A stretch of DNA of 64,000 nt from Lingula anatina (lineage: Eukaryota > Animalia > Brachiopoda). The position numbers were made by a program, and so were the translations under genes. Below the pieces are notes generated by a model. That model was not told the DNA's origin and made no database searches. It worked only from the letters and a program-made list of their open reading frames with translations. Shown piece after piece: positions 40,137-61,458 of this stretch. Each line of letters starts with the position of its first letter. Position 1 is the stretch's first letter. The stretch lies in assembly GCA_051362555.1 (NCBI GenBank), contig CM120647.1, positions 12,810,651-12,874,650 on the forward strand, given 5' to 3'.

Positions 40137-42306
40137 GGCTGTTATTGATTGTGCCAGTTGTCCGATTGCAGTGGGCGACAGTATTATAATGGGATAGATT
40201 TAAACTACGCCCGTTGCATTTGTCTCGACTGAGTGTTAAATATTCACGGGATGCCAGAAGGAGGCGGAGCTAATGGCACATGAGCGGCAGGACAGATACA
40301 GAAAACGCAACTGAAATTATTAATTAGGTGGATGGTGACACGGATCAATACCAAAATCTAGTCGCTTTTAAATTAGCTCATTTGTGACATACCCTGAAAT
40401 TTTCATCAAAATCCATGCATATTTTTTCATTACGCTGGTGACATACAGCCAACCAAAAAGCTGCATTCTATCATTCTATCATACCAAAATGGCCACCAAA
40501 TAGTGCAATTTATCCAAAGTAATAACGTCAGCAAAATAAAACAATGATTCCATCTATTTTCACCATAGGCACTGTGACGTCTTTAATAGCCTGATAAGTG
40601 TTGTTAGTTCCTTCAAATTTTGAAACAGATGGGCAGCCACAGAAAAGATGGTTTTCAAACCAAATCCTTTATTTATGTGTGAATTGAGAGGAGTCTCTGA
40701 GGCTAGTTTGCTGTCGGCAATTTCATGATTTCTTCAATTACAACAGAATAAGTTGTTAGTTGAAAATGTCATTTTATTGACATTTGCACTTTGCTTAATA
40801 TACAAAGTACGAATTCAAAATACATATAGTTACATAATATTATATGAATGATACTCATGTATGGTAAATCATTTACAAATTTCAGATAAAATTTTAGCAA
40901 AAAGTTTTAGCAAAGATGGAGGGAAAAAAGGGCCACAAATGGCAGTGATTTTTTAAAAAGAAGTTTCACGTTCTCAACGGCCTAGGCTGAGAGCGAGCTA
41001 CGCAACCCCTACCTTTTTAGGACGGGAACGTAAGTTTCCTCATTGCTCTGACAGCCAAATCATAAGAGTTATCTCTCTTGACCTTTGCACTGCCACATGT
41101 GCCCTGCATAGTACATTTACCTAACTATTGCTTTAAAGTAATATATCTCACATGTATGATAAATATTAATAAACAAATGATATCTAGATAATCTTTAATG
41201 ACTAATAAATGTGCCAAACGAGTTATAGCTAACTATCATAAATACAACCATGTTACATTTAACCAATGCTCAAATCTGTTTCATTGGGGGGGTGGGGGGT
41301 GGGGGGGGACAGGGTTGGGTTTGAATAACTTTTCCAAAATTCACCTTAAAAATTTCTTTCCTGAATAATGCACTACTGAATGCTGTGAATTTTACTAGAC
41401 AAGTGAGGGAGAGCATTAACTTTCTCCTGAGTAACTGAACTCATATGCCTCTGATTGGCTGGTCTTACAGAGGCAAAGTGGCACTGTCTAATTAGGTTGC
41501 ACCCCCTTATCCTGTCTCACAAGTGCCGCTTGAAAGTAATTAAGTCTAAGTGTGAAAACACAGAGGAGACATCCTGACTGAAATTAAGGAAGAAACATCT
41601 GGAGCGTGATTTAAAAGAGCCAAGCTCCCTGGGAAACTTGTCTAACACTGATAATCTCATCCCACATAAATCCTTTTATTGTGCCCAACAAATTATATTC
41701 CTTGCTTCATCTCCAAGCTATTTTACAATGCCCCCCCCCCAAAAAAAAAAAAAAAAATTGAAACTATTTGTCTAAAAACAAATTGTAAGAAGAGAATGGT
41801 CACAAACTAGTGACAGTGCAATTCCACACTAACAGTGACGAACGCAGTTTATGTGATACAGGTATTCCTATAATTCTTACTTGTCCATTCTTGTCTCTGT
41901 CTAATATATAGTTAAGTGAAAGATATTTGTTAGAAATGCATTAAAAGTAACCATTTTTTATTGTACCTTCCTTTGATTTAATAATAATGATAGTATAAAA
42001 TATCATCATTACTATAATAATTATTACTAATTTTATGGCGCATTCTAAATTTGTTATACACACTTCAAGGTTTTTAAAAAAGCTCTACATAATTTACTAC
42101 GCTATTTTTTTAAAGTTGGCAAAACTAAATTGTACAAACTAACTTAAAGATTAACTTATATGTAAGTATTGAATATAAACATTAAATATATTTTTTCAAG
42201 CTCAACGTTTCCCCATCACTTTGTAGTTCAGGCTAACCCTAACCTGGACTAATCATGACTTACTGAGCTAACGGATAATTATCTTTGAATAATGCATTTT
42301 GTGTTT

Positions 42307-42692
42307 TCAAAGACAAAAAACGCCAGCGTCTTCGTGGTGACCACAGTTATGGGTTCCCCAATCGCTGTGATTACAGGATCCAATGTTGGGTTCTGATCCT
42401 GTGCAGTGGACATCGTCCAACCATATGTATCCTTTACCTTGTCCAAAATACGCACTTTGTAGGCTAAGTGCTCTGAAATAGGGAAGACTTAAGGACTTGC
42501 AGAAAACTTTGGCATCATTGTTACCCCAGTTGTCATCGCAAACTGTTCCCCAACTTCCATTATGATACACTTCGACTCTTCCAGCGTGTCCGCCATTGAA
42601 ACTTAGACCGACAAGACGGTATGTGGAACCGTTCACAAAGACTGGAATGTTAAGATAAAGGCTGTGGATACAGGAAGCATTTCAATGTGATC

Positions 42693-42736
<44 letters not shown>

Positions 42737-43037
42737 TGTGTGTGTGTGTGTGTGTGTGAATGTGAGAAAGAGAGAGAGAGAGAGAGAGGGCGACTGGCGT
42801 GTTCACTGATTTCTAGAATTCCGAAAATTGAACAAGACGATATAAATGTATAAAATTGGAAAAGGGAACTGTGATAATTAAACGTAACAGACAAAATAGG
42901 GTTCTCCAGCTTTAACACCATTTTAATATGCTAATGATACTTGATATAACTTGAATCAACTTATAATTCTTTTCCACAAATACAAGCAAGCACACCCGCT
43001 CACAAACACTAAAATCTGGGAACGGTGGGCGCGCGCG

Positions 43038-43076
<39 letters not shown>

Positions 43077-43713
43077 TTGTTCAATGTGATATTTGTTATA
43101 AAGGCACAGAGAGAACGTTTAACCCCTACCTTGGCAGTTAGTCCCATAGTACCCAGCAGAACATAAACACCCATAAGAATTCACCATGTCAACACACGTC
43201 CCACCATTCTGACAAGGACGACTGGAACATTCACTGATTTCTAAAATACCCAAAATTAAATGACACGATATAAAGTGGATAAAACTGGAGAAGTGGATAA
43301 CACTGGAAAAGGGAATAATTGGAAAAAGGAATAATATTGTATCTAACAAAATATGTATCTCTAACTGTAATACAATTTTCATGTGTTAATGATATTTGTT
43401 ATAACTGCAATCATATTCGTTCACAAACATTAAAACTAGGGAACTCGTGGACGTAAAACACACACACACTGGTTTGTTAAATGTAATATTTAATATAAGT
43501 TAAGGTACAGGAAGAACATTAAACCCCTACCTTGGCAGTTTGTCCCGTAGTACCCGACAGAACACAGACACCGATAAGAATTCACCATGTCAACACACGT
43601 CCCACCGTTCTGACAAGGACGGCTGGAGCATTTATAGATTTCTAGAATGTCAAATTCAAGATAGAATAAAATTCGTTTACAAATATATTCTATTATTATT
43701 AATACGTATGCAC

Positions 43714-43760
<47 letters not shown>

Positions 43761-45578
43761 TTATTGAGCACTGAAATGTTTTTACATTTAGAGGCTCTCT
43801 AGCTACTATACATTATACATATGGAAAGATAGTAAGGATAGTAAGTAAATGAAAGAGAGAAAAAAAATATATATATACTTATATAATGTTACACAATATA
43901 CATTCTCTTAATATCCAGGTGAGATGCATGAAATCATTTGTGCACTTCTAGTTAATTACTTTTTTCATAATTTTACTTACAAAATTCCCTTCTGCAATTG
44001 CACTCTGTTCAGTGGGTGGGTTTAGAATGATGTCAAGCTGTTTGACCTCGTCTGTTAGACCTTGCAAGTTTACCTCTGGTATGCATTCAAACAGCAATTT
44101 CCTTTCAATTTTGTGATGGGCGCATTTCAGGAAAAAATGTATTTCATCTTCTATCTCATTACAATGGGGGCATTTTCGGTCTGAAAGTTGTGTTTTTGGG
44201 TTTGTATGCCGCCCTTTTTCAATTTCCAGGTCATGGTCACTAATTCGCATTTTTGCCAAAAGTTTTTTGTGGGTGCGTGAAATATTCATTTTAAGTATGG
44301 TTCGGGTTCATATTGATGTTTAATTTTCCTGTATGTCCTCAGCTTATTATTTTCCTCTCTGTGTAACTCTCCCCAAAACTCTGATTTTATTTTGAGGGTT
44401 ATGTCACTTTCTAGATTTTGGTTATTGTGAATTTTATTGACAGTTAGGGTTGAATTTGAGTGATTTAATCCCCAAAAAGTAGCCAAGTTTGACCTTGCCC
44501 AAAACCAGTTTTTTTCCCTTTTTGCTTGTTCTCTATTGTATGCTTGCTTGACAATTCTTTGCTCTGGAAGGTTATTCAGCCTTTGACTGTATCTTGATAC
44601 TAATTTGACAATGTCCAAGTATAATGGGAGGCGCCCAAGTTCTGCACGGCAGGCATTATTGCTAGCTGACCTTCTCACACCAAGTGCCCATTTACACATC
44701 TTTAAATGTATTTGTTCAAAGGGCATTTTGTTTATTTTATTTAATGATATTTTTTTCTCTGTGAAGATTTCTTGGGCCCAGATTTCACATCCATATAAGA
44801 GAATGGGTTTAATCATCTTGTCGAAAAGATTCATGATAAGCATGGGTGATGAAATTTCTTGCGATGCTAGTATTCCCTTTAGAGTAAACATGGCTTTCAG
44901 GGCTTTTTGCTTGAGATTTTCAATTGAATGTTTTAATGATCCTGTGTTAGTAAAGACTATCCCGAGGTATGAGTATTGTTTGACTATTTCTATTGGTCTG
45001 CTTATTACAAATAAATGAAAATTTAAAAATAACTTGGTTAAACGGAAAACAAGTAAATTGCCAACAGACAGTATGCCGGTGTGAAAGGAAAACATGTCCT
45101 ATGGACATGCATTACGGCGGACATCCATTCCCTTCACACCGGCTATATAACTTTAATGATTTGATGCTTTCAAAATGTAAACATCCAAAATATAAAAAAA
45201 TAAACTTAAAACATAATTTTCTGTTTACTTACCCTTCAAACCATTTTTTGCTGAGATCAAATGCTCTAAATGCTGAGTAAGTTGGTCACTATACCCCACA
45301 CGTGCAAACACGAGCGACAGAACAACAATTACCAGTGCAACACACAGTAACCCTACCAAGACCAACGCTGTGAGTAAGCCCTTATTAACTTTAGTCTTTG
45401 GTGGCTGTGTAATCCTTTCATTGGGATCAACGGCATTTTCGATGGGATGATGAATTATTAAGCTCTGGTAATCATTTGGTGTCTCCGCTGGAGTAAGTTC
45501 CACCTGTGATGTCGTGCCTGGCCTGTATGTTGCATTTTCATACGCTGTGTTTTTATTAAGACGGGTGGTACTTGCCAT
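42307..45578 (-). CDS. Type II membrane EGF-EGF-SRCR scavenger-receptor-like protein (gene A), apparently intact
   Basis: Exons 45233-45578 (cytoplasmic tail plus [26 protein letters not shown]), 43531-43641 and 43130-43240 ([22 protein letters not shown]), 42307-42641 (SRCR: [28 protein letters not shown], 6 Cys); all phase-1 junctions. Confidence 0.82.
42786..42812 (-). pseudogene. Truncated EGF cassette exon (EISEHASRP) running into a (CT)n microsatellite
   Basis: Same acceptor context (TTCTAG|AAATCAGTGAA) as neighbouring EGF exons; remainder deleted. Confidence 0.65.
43714..45010 (-). mobile_element. 5'-truncated non-LTR retrotransposon (LINE; C-terminal ORF2 region, clade uncertain, CR1/L2-like) with (TTA)n tail
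   Basis: ORFs 44286-45095 and 43948-44289 (frameshifted): [67 protein letters not shown]; 3' AATAAA followed by (TTA)n. Confidence 0.85.
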
Positions 45579-46660
45579 GATACCTAGAAGTATTTTTTTC
45601 ATATTTAATTACATATCAATTTGAATATTTAAAACGGTGGGGATTTCATTCAAAGATGCTCATGTCTGAAAAAAAAAGTCATTTTAAAATAGAAACCCGA
45701 TGCACCTATTTTCAAATGAATTTATCACACATGACTGATATTCCCCTAGTATACTTACTCATAATTTCATTACTATATATATTTAATGTTAAGCATGTTT
45801 TTTTAAAATAAAGCAGGATGCAGACCTTTTTTAATCTGCCATGACTTTTCTCCAAACCTTTGCTGTAACATTTAAATGCATAGGTAGATTATTTGTAGTT
45901 GTATCCAGGTGTTATTTATAACGTTTAAATCAATGATAAATTAATAACGTTTACATTAAACTACTGAAACAGAAATGACAGAGAAAAAATACACGGAGGC
46001 ATTTACAGGGGCAACAACTTCCTTTACATATTTGATGAAATCATTAAAAAAGATAACATTGAATCCAATACATTTATTCTCAAATAGTTTGTCACATAAG
46101 ACAAACATTTCTGCATGCATTCTCGCTGAAATTTTATTACTATAGCTTAAATGCTAATCACGTCTCCATAATAAAGCTAAGGTCCTGAGTGCATACCTTT
46201 TTTGTCTGCCATGTTAACTTTCTTCTTAAGTCAGTGTTGGAATAATAATAGACTTGCATTTACTATTTGTCATGTATAAAAATAACTTGTAGCCATAGGT
46301 TTTATTAATAACGGTCACATGGCTGACATAATCTGCCAAAACAGAGAAAGGGCATAAAAATATATATCTACTACTGGTTTCACGACTACAAATTGGCGTC
46401 AACATATTAAATGTAAATCAAAATTGGTGCACAATGCAACAAGATGAAATAAAAAAAATCATCCTTCAAAAGTCCATGCAAAACTAAACTATCCAAAACC
46501 TATTTCAGTTACTTATTTTTCTAACTAGTACGTTCATTAAAATCGATTTTGGAACTGTATATTTCACCTAGCTTATATATAATTATGAAATACTAAATAT
46601 ATGTATGTAAAATAATGGTGCATTTCTATATATTTGATTTTGGTGATATTCAACTATGTA

Positions 46661-46697
<37 letters not shown>

Positions 46698-47905
46698 GTT
46701 CCTATTACTTTATCTCTGTACATTTTCACCAGCTCAGTCTGGAGCAGAAAGTATGAATAAAGCATATATTTCATCTCTCACTCTGAAACAGCATGTTATA
46801 TGAAAAAGGGACACATTGCAATTCACAGCAACCTAATTTATTTTTGATGACTCCATACTTCTTACATAAAAAACCGAGTGCTGCAGAACAGAGTTATAGA
46901 TCCTTTGAAATGATTTCGCTAAAATAGATGTAACTGCCAGCATTTACATTGCATATTTAAAATCGGCAACTACATTAAAATATTTTCAACTTTAAAAATG
47001 TAAATGATTGCACAAAGTGGAAATAGAGATGATCATCTTTACGAAATGTATAAAAAAAACTAGTATACAAAACACACCAGAGATTCTCATTATACTTACC
47101 AGTGCATTAATCAAAAAGTCTTTTTTCAAACTGTATGCCGTGCACGTATTGTTGACAACAAAGCGGTGCTTCTCACATTGAAAGTCACCAAACTTTACTT
47201 CCTGGTTGATGAAACGAGCACAGCACGTGATATGAACATATAGGAATATTAAATCACGTTTGTCTCACTTAACTAACAGCATATCTTTTGTAGCACACAG
47301 TCCATTCCGGAAAGTCATAAAGAGGCTTCCTTCATTTAAGTACGCTTGAGATTAATTAGACCTGAGACGTGCCATGGAAGTTCGAAATAATTGGAAACTC
47401 TGCCTTACCGGAAGAATATCTGTAAGATTGCACTGCATTCTGTTACTGTTGCCCACTAAATGTATTTTATTTTTATTTGTAAATATCAACCCACTTCCCA
47501 AGCGCTTGGGTTAGTTGAGCCGCATATACCACTACAGCAATCCAAATAAAGTAGAGTGCAATAAAGCTACGATAGCCATTTTTCATTCTAGCTTATCATG
47601 AAAATTGTAAGGAATTGAAATAAATAAATAAATAATGCGAAATAGAAAGGGTGATGGTCGATTGTTTTGTGGGTGAATATTTATTTAACATGAAAATAAC
47701 GTGAGGCTTAACTATTCACCTTCTACACTTTCATCGTCTCTATTATGTTACTTGCGTCAAATATATTGATGTACGCTCGAAAATTTGTCACCTACTTGTT
47801 TAGTTTAAAAGAGTAAAAAACAATTTATGAATGCCTCATTTCAGTCGGTCATAAAAAAACATCAAAGTCGGTTCACTACTTTTTAAAAAATTTTATAATG
47901 TCAAC
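45221..47905. repeat. Segmental duplicate of 57725-60190 (TM exon, intron, 5' region of receptor genes)
   Basis: Long colinear near-identical coding and noncoding sequence at ~12.3-12.5 kb offset. Confidence 0.85.
47100..47420 (-). promoter_or_regulatory. Putative noncoding first exon/promoter of receptor gene A
   Basis: Minus-strand donor G|GTAAGT at 47099; block TTGTTGACAACAAA...TTCCTGGTTG...GAG recurs at ~50930, ~59450, ~62920 upstream of each family copy. Confidence 0.45.
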
Positions 47906-49165
47906 ATTTTTCTGAAATATTCAACACTTTCTCTTAACAACATAGGGGCATTTAAAGAAAAATCGTAGTAACTGAAATAACATTTTAATAAAAATATACT
48001 GTTATTCCCATTTAAATTGTTATTGAACTATGTCTAAGGTAATTTTCGAAAGAGTAATGGAAATAAGTGAAGAAATATCATACATATATAAAAGCACTCC
48101 ATTTAATCTATTTCAATGCAAATGACAGCAATATGCACTTTTTAAGACACAATCCTATGCTATAAACGTATGCAGTTTTACTCTAACCTTAATTAAAACC
48201 TATTAAAATAATGAAACAATGTTGAAAAGATTAACCATAATCTTAACCATAATAAAAACGTTTTTAAATGGTGCGATTTGTAATCTGAAAATGAATAACC
48301 AGTCAAGAAGTTGTTAGTGAATAATATTTATCATTTTAGGCCATGACAGAGTAACTAAAATGGATTCTTGGAGACCGAAGATAGAGTTTTAAGACGACGT
48401 GCTGGTCACGGGACGGCTAGGTGTCTGCTCAAGATTTGATGGCATTAAAAAGGAGTTAAAGCAGCCTTCTGGGATAGAGTAGAGAATATCTTACTGAAAA
48501 GTTAAGTAGGATTGAGACTTCCTACATCTAGGCCTGGTCCCTTAAGCATATACCTGGTAGTCAGACCAGTCACGTGATCGGCCTATTGGGCCAATGTTCA
48601 TGTTGCTGATCGGTGGTTTGTGAGTTCAATATTTATTTATTTTTCCTCTTATGTGAAGTCACTTCACCGGATGAGAGTAACATTCGCTCTATTACTAGTG
48701 TTACTAGTGTTAACATTTACGGTAACAATGTCCCGTTGCGTGATACAGAAAATCCCACAAAAATTAAGTTGTGATATAATTTATGTACATGTTATGCTGG
48801 TCTTCAAACCTGTAGATAATTTATTCGTTTGACATGACCAAATTTCAAATAAATACAAAATAAAAAATCAACTAATATTCATCAGAAAGCAATATGGTGT
48901 CAAACATTTGTCTCTCTCTGCATTTGGTTCACTCAGCTGAGATAGGTGACGGATTTTAAACAGTTTGTTCTAAGATAAATCTTCAATAACAAGTATATTA
49001 AGTAACTCCATATTCAATGAAAACCCGTTTAAAGGGCAAGTATTTCAGCTATGGTCCATTTGCGGGCGAGCGAGGGCTGCGTGTGCGTTAGTGTTAGAGA
49101 AACATCATAATCTAAAAGCCTTTCAGCATATTGCTTGTCATACTATATTTAATATTTAATCTTAC

Positions 49166-49276
49166 CCTGGCAATTAGTCCCGTGGTACCCGGGAGAACAC
49201 ATACATCTATAAGAATTCACCATGTCAACACATGTCCCTCCATTCTGACAAGGACGACTGGAACATTCACTGATTT
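49166..49276 (-). pseudogene. Orphan EGF cassette exon of a degraded receptor copy
   Basis: [37 protein letters not shown] with intact splice sites; no TM or SRCR exon seen nearby; family 3' UTR-like motif TGGTTCACTCAGCTG at ~48925. Confidence 0.6.
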
Positions 49277-49297
49277 CTAGAATAAGAACTATGAATG

Positions 49298-49469
49298 ACT
49301 AGAGGATCAGAGAGGCGATACCGCCTCCTGATATTGTACCGCCAGCTGGAGTAAGCGCATTCATATGGACCCCTCCCCCCCCCCCCCCCAAAAAAAAAAG
49401 GGACACCACCACCAACCTTGTGCTTGACAAGCACTATGAAATGCAATCAACAAGACTTCTCAAAATATG

Positions 49470-49556
<87 letters not shown>

Positions 49557-50243
49557 AACCAAGCAGATTTTTTAATTGACCTGCATTTCCCTAACATTGA
49601 TCACTCCTGTGATTCTCTAGCCAATAGGCCTATTGGTTTTCCTTGAAATGTATTGTCACTGTTGCATATCTGCTAACAAAAGAGAAAACCTAGGGGCAAC
49701 ACCGGGAACATCTCTGCTAGTTTTGAAGATATGAGGGGCAAGAGAATATGCAAAGCTCAGTTCATGGTGAAAAAGTAGGTCAAAAGTCAATTTCAATATT
49801 ACAGTATATGAATTTCTATTCAAGTTCAATAGCAACCATGGTCATTCCATTGCCAATTTTGGAGATTTAAAGGCCAGAAAACATGCAAAGTTCAGCCCAT
49901 CGTAAAAAGTAGGTCAAAGGTCAATTTCAAAGTCACAATTAGATTGCCAGTATATGACTTTTGAAGATATGAGTTCACAGTTATATAGTCACAGTTAGAT
50001 TGCCAGTATATGACTTATTCAAGTGAAATAGTAACTATGTGCATATCTTTGCCAGTTTTGGAGATATAAAGATCAGAAAAGGGAAAGGTCAAAGGTCACT
50101 TTGGGGTCACAGATAGATTGCCAGTATATGACTTCCTATTCAAGTTCAATAGTAACTATGGAACTATCTCTGCCAGTTTTGAAGATAAAAGGGAATGGAA
50201 ATTTGCAAAGCTCAGTTCATGGTAAAAAGTAGGTCAAAGGTCT
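49298..50243 (-). mobile_element. Helentron-associated (HINE-like) element with AGGTCAAAGGTCA internal repeats and (AT)n
   Basis: Terminal hairpin GAGGCG-ATAC-CGCCTC; repeated AAAAGTAGGTCAAAGGTCA...ATATGACTT..TATTCAAGTTCAATAG units. Confidence 0.55.
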
Positions 50244-51702
50244 TTAAACTATGATAACTTTCATGATAATTATTTACTGAGTCATAAAGTTACATCAAAA
50301 ATCGATCACTGTCTCATAGCTATTCACAAACCAGCAAAATTGGCAAATGCTTGGCCAACCGGTCTTCTAAAGGTCTTGGGGTGGTATATAAAACAACAAA
50401 ATTATAGGAGCAGTGTTAATTTTATTATGCTTGTATTAAGATAAGTACTTTACATCAATGAAAGTGGAAAAGTGGTATTAACAGGGTTTTTATAAGAGCC
50501 TTCCGGTACCTTCCAATTCAAAGTGTCACCAATACGATTTGGGGTTTATAGCAGACATTATTATTTGTTACAAAGATGCACAAAAAGGTACATCTCCATT
50601 TTTGAAAAACATAACAACACTTATACCAATTAAAACACTGTAATGTTGCAGAATAGAGATTGGCTGGTTTTTGAACGTTAAACAGTGAGATTGCATTTCT
50701 AAAATGACTACAGTATGATGGTGAACATTATTTTATTTGTGTCATGTATCGACAGCTACATCATAAGGTTGTAAATCAAAATAGATGCACAAAGCTAACA
50801 CAAAGATAATAATCTCCACAAAGCATATTAAAAACTTAATCAAACCTACCCTTTTTCTTACTAGCGTATACATAGATATAGAAAAAAATTGAAAAGACTA
50901 ATTGAACACTTGATACTATGTACGTTTTGTTGACAACAAAGCGGTATCTCTCACGAACCTCAATTGTCCTTCCTGGTTGACGAAGCGAGTACATGACACG
51001 AAACAATATGTAGCATATCAACTCACGTCAACCTAACACAGGTGGCATCAAATCCTTTGGCCCCAAACTCCATACTTGTTTACATGCATTGTGAGGTTTT
51101 GAACAAAGAAGTCCTAACACCTGCTATAAAAACTTCAAAATAATTAAATGAACCACCAGCTCGGTGGAAGAAAACATGTAAGCAGTGGACCACTTGGCGA
51201 CTGGCTTTCCATTGTGAAAGTCAATTATTTTGCTAATTTTTTGGGTTAGTTGAGCCACCTTTATATACTGCACAGCTAAAGCAATTATGACAAATACAAT
51301 ACCTCTTTTCAGTTGTGACTTTTAAGAATAATATTAATTAAAATATCAGTGAGTTAGATAAAGAATTTAGCTTAACTATAGTTTATTACCCCCTAGCAGC
51401 TTCAGTAGACGCGACAGACGTCTAAGCTGCTTAAGTTGATTTCAATTCAGTGATAATCCCCATGAAGTACATCAATCCACAGTGAGTATGATAGGGTCTG
51501 GGAATGGCCCCTTAGGGGCGACTATTTTTTATGTGATTAAAAAAATTGAAGAAAGTGTAGCTAAAATATTTTGCTATTTCTGCCTCCCACTGATGCAGCT
51601 TATATACTGTGTCACCTTAATTGGTCCATGAATCTCAATGTATTTTAATGGTTCACTCAGCTGATGAAGGACGCTCCTTTTATCATTTTAGAACAGTTGA
51701 TT

Positions 51703-58076
<6,374 letters not shown>

Positions 58077-60461
58077 GATACCTAGAAGTTTTTTTATCAT
58101 ATTTAATTATACAGCAATTTGTATATTTAAAACGGTGGGGATTTCATTCAAAGATGTTCATGTCTAAAAAAAAAAAAAAATCATTTTAAAAATAGAAACT
58201 CGATACACCTATTTTCGATTAAATTTATCACACATGGCTGATATTCCCTAATATTCTTACTCATAATTTTATTACTATATATATATATTTAACGTTAAGC
58301 ATTTTTTTTAAATAAAGCTTCATTTTTGGACGCAGATCTTTTTTGTCTGCCATGTTTACTTTTCTCAAAACTTTTGCTGGAAACTAAATGCAACGTTTAA
58401 ATAAATAATAAATTAATAATGTGCAAATTTATCTACTGAAACAGAAATTATAGAAAAAATACACAGAGGTATTTACAGCAGCAACAACTTCCTGTACATA
58501 GTTGACGAAACCATTTATAAGGAAACCTTGAATCCAATACACTTATTTTCAAATAACTGTAGTTTGTCTCATACATGTATTCTCGCTAAAATGTTATTAC
58601 TATAGCTTGAATGCTATTCACGTCTCCACAATTAAAGCTAAGGTCCTGGCTGCATACCTTTTTTGTCTGTTATGTTAACTTTCTTCTAAAGTTAAAACCA
58701 GTGCTGGAATGATAAAATTTAATTTGCATTTAATTTACTATTTGTCATGTATAAAAATAACTTGTAGCCATGAGTATTATTAATAACGGTCACATGGCTG
58801 ACATAAATTGCTGAAACAGAGAAAGAACAGAAAAATATACTACTGGTTTTACAATTAAAAATTGGCGTCCACATAGCTGAAAAATGTAAATCAAAATTGG
58901 TACACAATGCATCAAGAAGAAAGATAACCATCTTTAAAACGTCCATGCAAAACTAAACTATCTCAAACCTTTTTCAGTTACTTATTTTACTAACTGTTGT
59001 GTTCATAAAAACGATTTTTGAACTGTATGTTTCACATCTCACTTAAAAACTCATTCTTCTTCCTGGTTGATGAAACGAGCACAGCACGTTATATGAAAAA
59101 ATATTCATTGCAATCCACAGCAACGTAATTTATTTTTGATAGCTCCATACATATTACATAAAAAAGCAAGTGCTGCAGAATAGAGTTTTAGATCCTTTGA
59201 AGTGATTTCGCTAAAATAACTACCACCATTTACATTGCCTATTTAATCGACAACTACGTAATTTTTTTTATCTTAAAAAATTTAAATGGTAATAGTTGCA
59301 CAAAGCAGAAACAGAGGTGATCATCTTTACAAAATACAAAAAAACTTAACAATTCGAAAAATACCAAATATTCTTATTATACTTACCAAATGAGTTAATT
59401 AAAAACCACTCTTTTAATAGTCTTTTTCAAACTGTATACCGTGCACGTGTTGTTGACAACAAAACTGTGCTTCTCACATTGAAAGTCACCAAACGTTCCT
59501 TCCTGGTTGATAAACGAGCACAGCACGTGATATGAAATATAGGAATATCAAATCGTGTTCGTCTCACTTAATTGGCTAAATATATTTTGTAGCACACAGC
59601 CCATTCAGGAAAGTCATAAAGAGGCTTCCCTCATTTAAGTACTGCTTGAGAATAATTAGACGTGAGATGTATTACGAAAATTCAAAATAATTGGAAACTC
59701 TGCCGTCCCGGAAGGGCATCTTATAAATTGCATTGTATTCAGTTCCTGTGGCCCACTTTATGTATTTAAGTTTTAGTTGTAAATATCAACCTAATTGCCA
59801 AGGGCTTGTACTAGTTGAGTAACCCTTGTATACAACTATAGCAATCCGAATAATATATTGAAGAGTGCAATAAAGCTTCCATAGCCGTTTTTCATTCTGG
59901 CTTATCATGAAAATTGTAAGGAATTGAAATAAATTAATAAATAATGCGAAATAGAAAGGGTGATGGTCGATTGTTTTGTGGATGAATATTAGATTAAGAT
60001 GAAAATAACGTGAGGCTAAACTATCCACCTTTTACACCTTCATTGTCTCAATTATGTTACTTGCGTCAAATATATTGATGTCACCTTCTTGGTTAGTTTA
60101 AGAACCTTAAAAACAATTTTTGAATGCCTCATTTCCGTTTGTCATAATAAAACATCAAAGTCGGTTTACTACTTTTTAAACAATTTTATAAAACAACATA
60201 ATCTTGAAACGAGACTCTGAAAGGTACCGCATATATATTTCCTATTCATTATTTGATTTATTTTTTTTAAATCTCAATTACAGTATATGGCAGCTAATGT
60301 CCATATTTTTCTTAGGGGATATGGGTTATAACATAATGCAATACGATCAGGTTCAGAGCAAAATTTCTTGAACAATGAAGTCAACTGTAGCTAATGTCTA
60401 TTCTAAGTACAGCATAAAAAGCCTTACATTATAAGCAACAATATCGTGTTCATGAACTTAC

Positions 60462-61458
60462 CGTATTCGTGTGTTTCGCCTTGAAAACCGAAGTGCAAGA
60501 GCATCGAAACGTAGTTGCCAAATTCACACACAAGGCACCATTTTTGCAAGGTGAGCTAAGACAATGGTCGACCCCTATAAATTTAGGCAAAATGAATGCG
60601 GTGAAGTTATAATTCGTCACCATGTGTTGCATTTTTTAAAGACCATCAGAATTAACGAATTTCGTTAATTATTTATGTGTGTGGGTAATCATTTCTATGG
60701 AAAGTAAACAGTTACACGTGCTTCTTAACGTCAAAGCAATGCCCTTGCCTCGATTTTATCAGACGGAAATAACGAACAATGCATGCAGCCCTTTGACAAT
60801 TCACTGCATTATTTCTTACCTTCACACCAAACTGCTATGAGATAAGAGATATACAGTTATATATATAGTCAAGTCCCATGAGATCAACAATTTACCATGC
60901 CAAGGATTTGGACTAGTATTTGATTTATCGATTATACATGTACATTTGAAGTTGATTTCCTCTCGCAAAAATTAATGAATATATATTCTTCTCATCCTTA
61001 GTGGAAAGCCCCTCCCCTTTCCTTCCCTTCATGCTTTCAGACACTAAAAAGCAACATCAACAGTTGATAGCTACAACGATCCTGTGAATGATAGAATGAA
61101 GGAAACACCAAGATTATTAATTCTCTGTCAAATATTTCCATACAGTCTTTGTATCTCACGTGTCCTCTGGCATTACTTACATGTACAATTTAAACACATT
61201 CTTAGCTGAAACCACATTCTTATTATTCAGGATCTGTTTTTGTCTTATTCCCTCAGGATAAAAGCCAAGTGACCAAGCAACAATAGCAACCAGTGCGGCA
61301 CATAGTATATCTACTATCACAAATGCAATGAGCAGCCGCCTGTTGATCTGAGACTTTCGTGGCTGTGTTACCTCTTTGGGAGGTGAAGTGCCTCTCTCGG
61401 TAGAGAGCAGAGTTTTTGGCATGAAAATTGTGACTTTGATTTCAAACATCTCCCTCAT
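60462..61458 (-). pseudogene. Divergent TM-EGF receptor family copy (gene C), frameshifted
   Basis: TM exon 61181-61458 (TQPRKSQINRRLLIAFVIVDILCAALVAIVAWSL, homologous to genes A/B) ends in phase 2. EGF exon 60462-60574 (VDHCLSSPCKNGALC...) has a frameshift and lacks the last Cys; no SRCR exon downstream. Confidence 0.65.

Noticed and set aside
44605-45018. 137-aa plus-strand ORF
   Set aside because: Antisense to the LINE ORF2 fragment; no independent coding features.
47300-47415. STAT/IRF-like motifs upstream of receptor gene A
   Set aside because: Short matches that are not preserved exactly in the paralogous block at ~59.6-59.7 kb.
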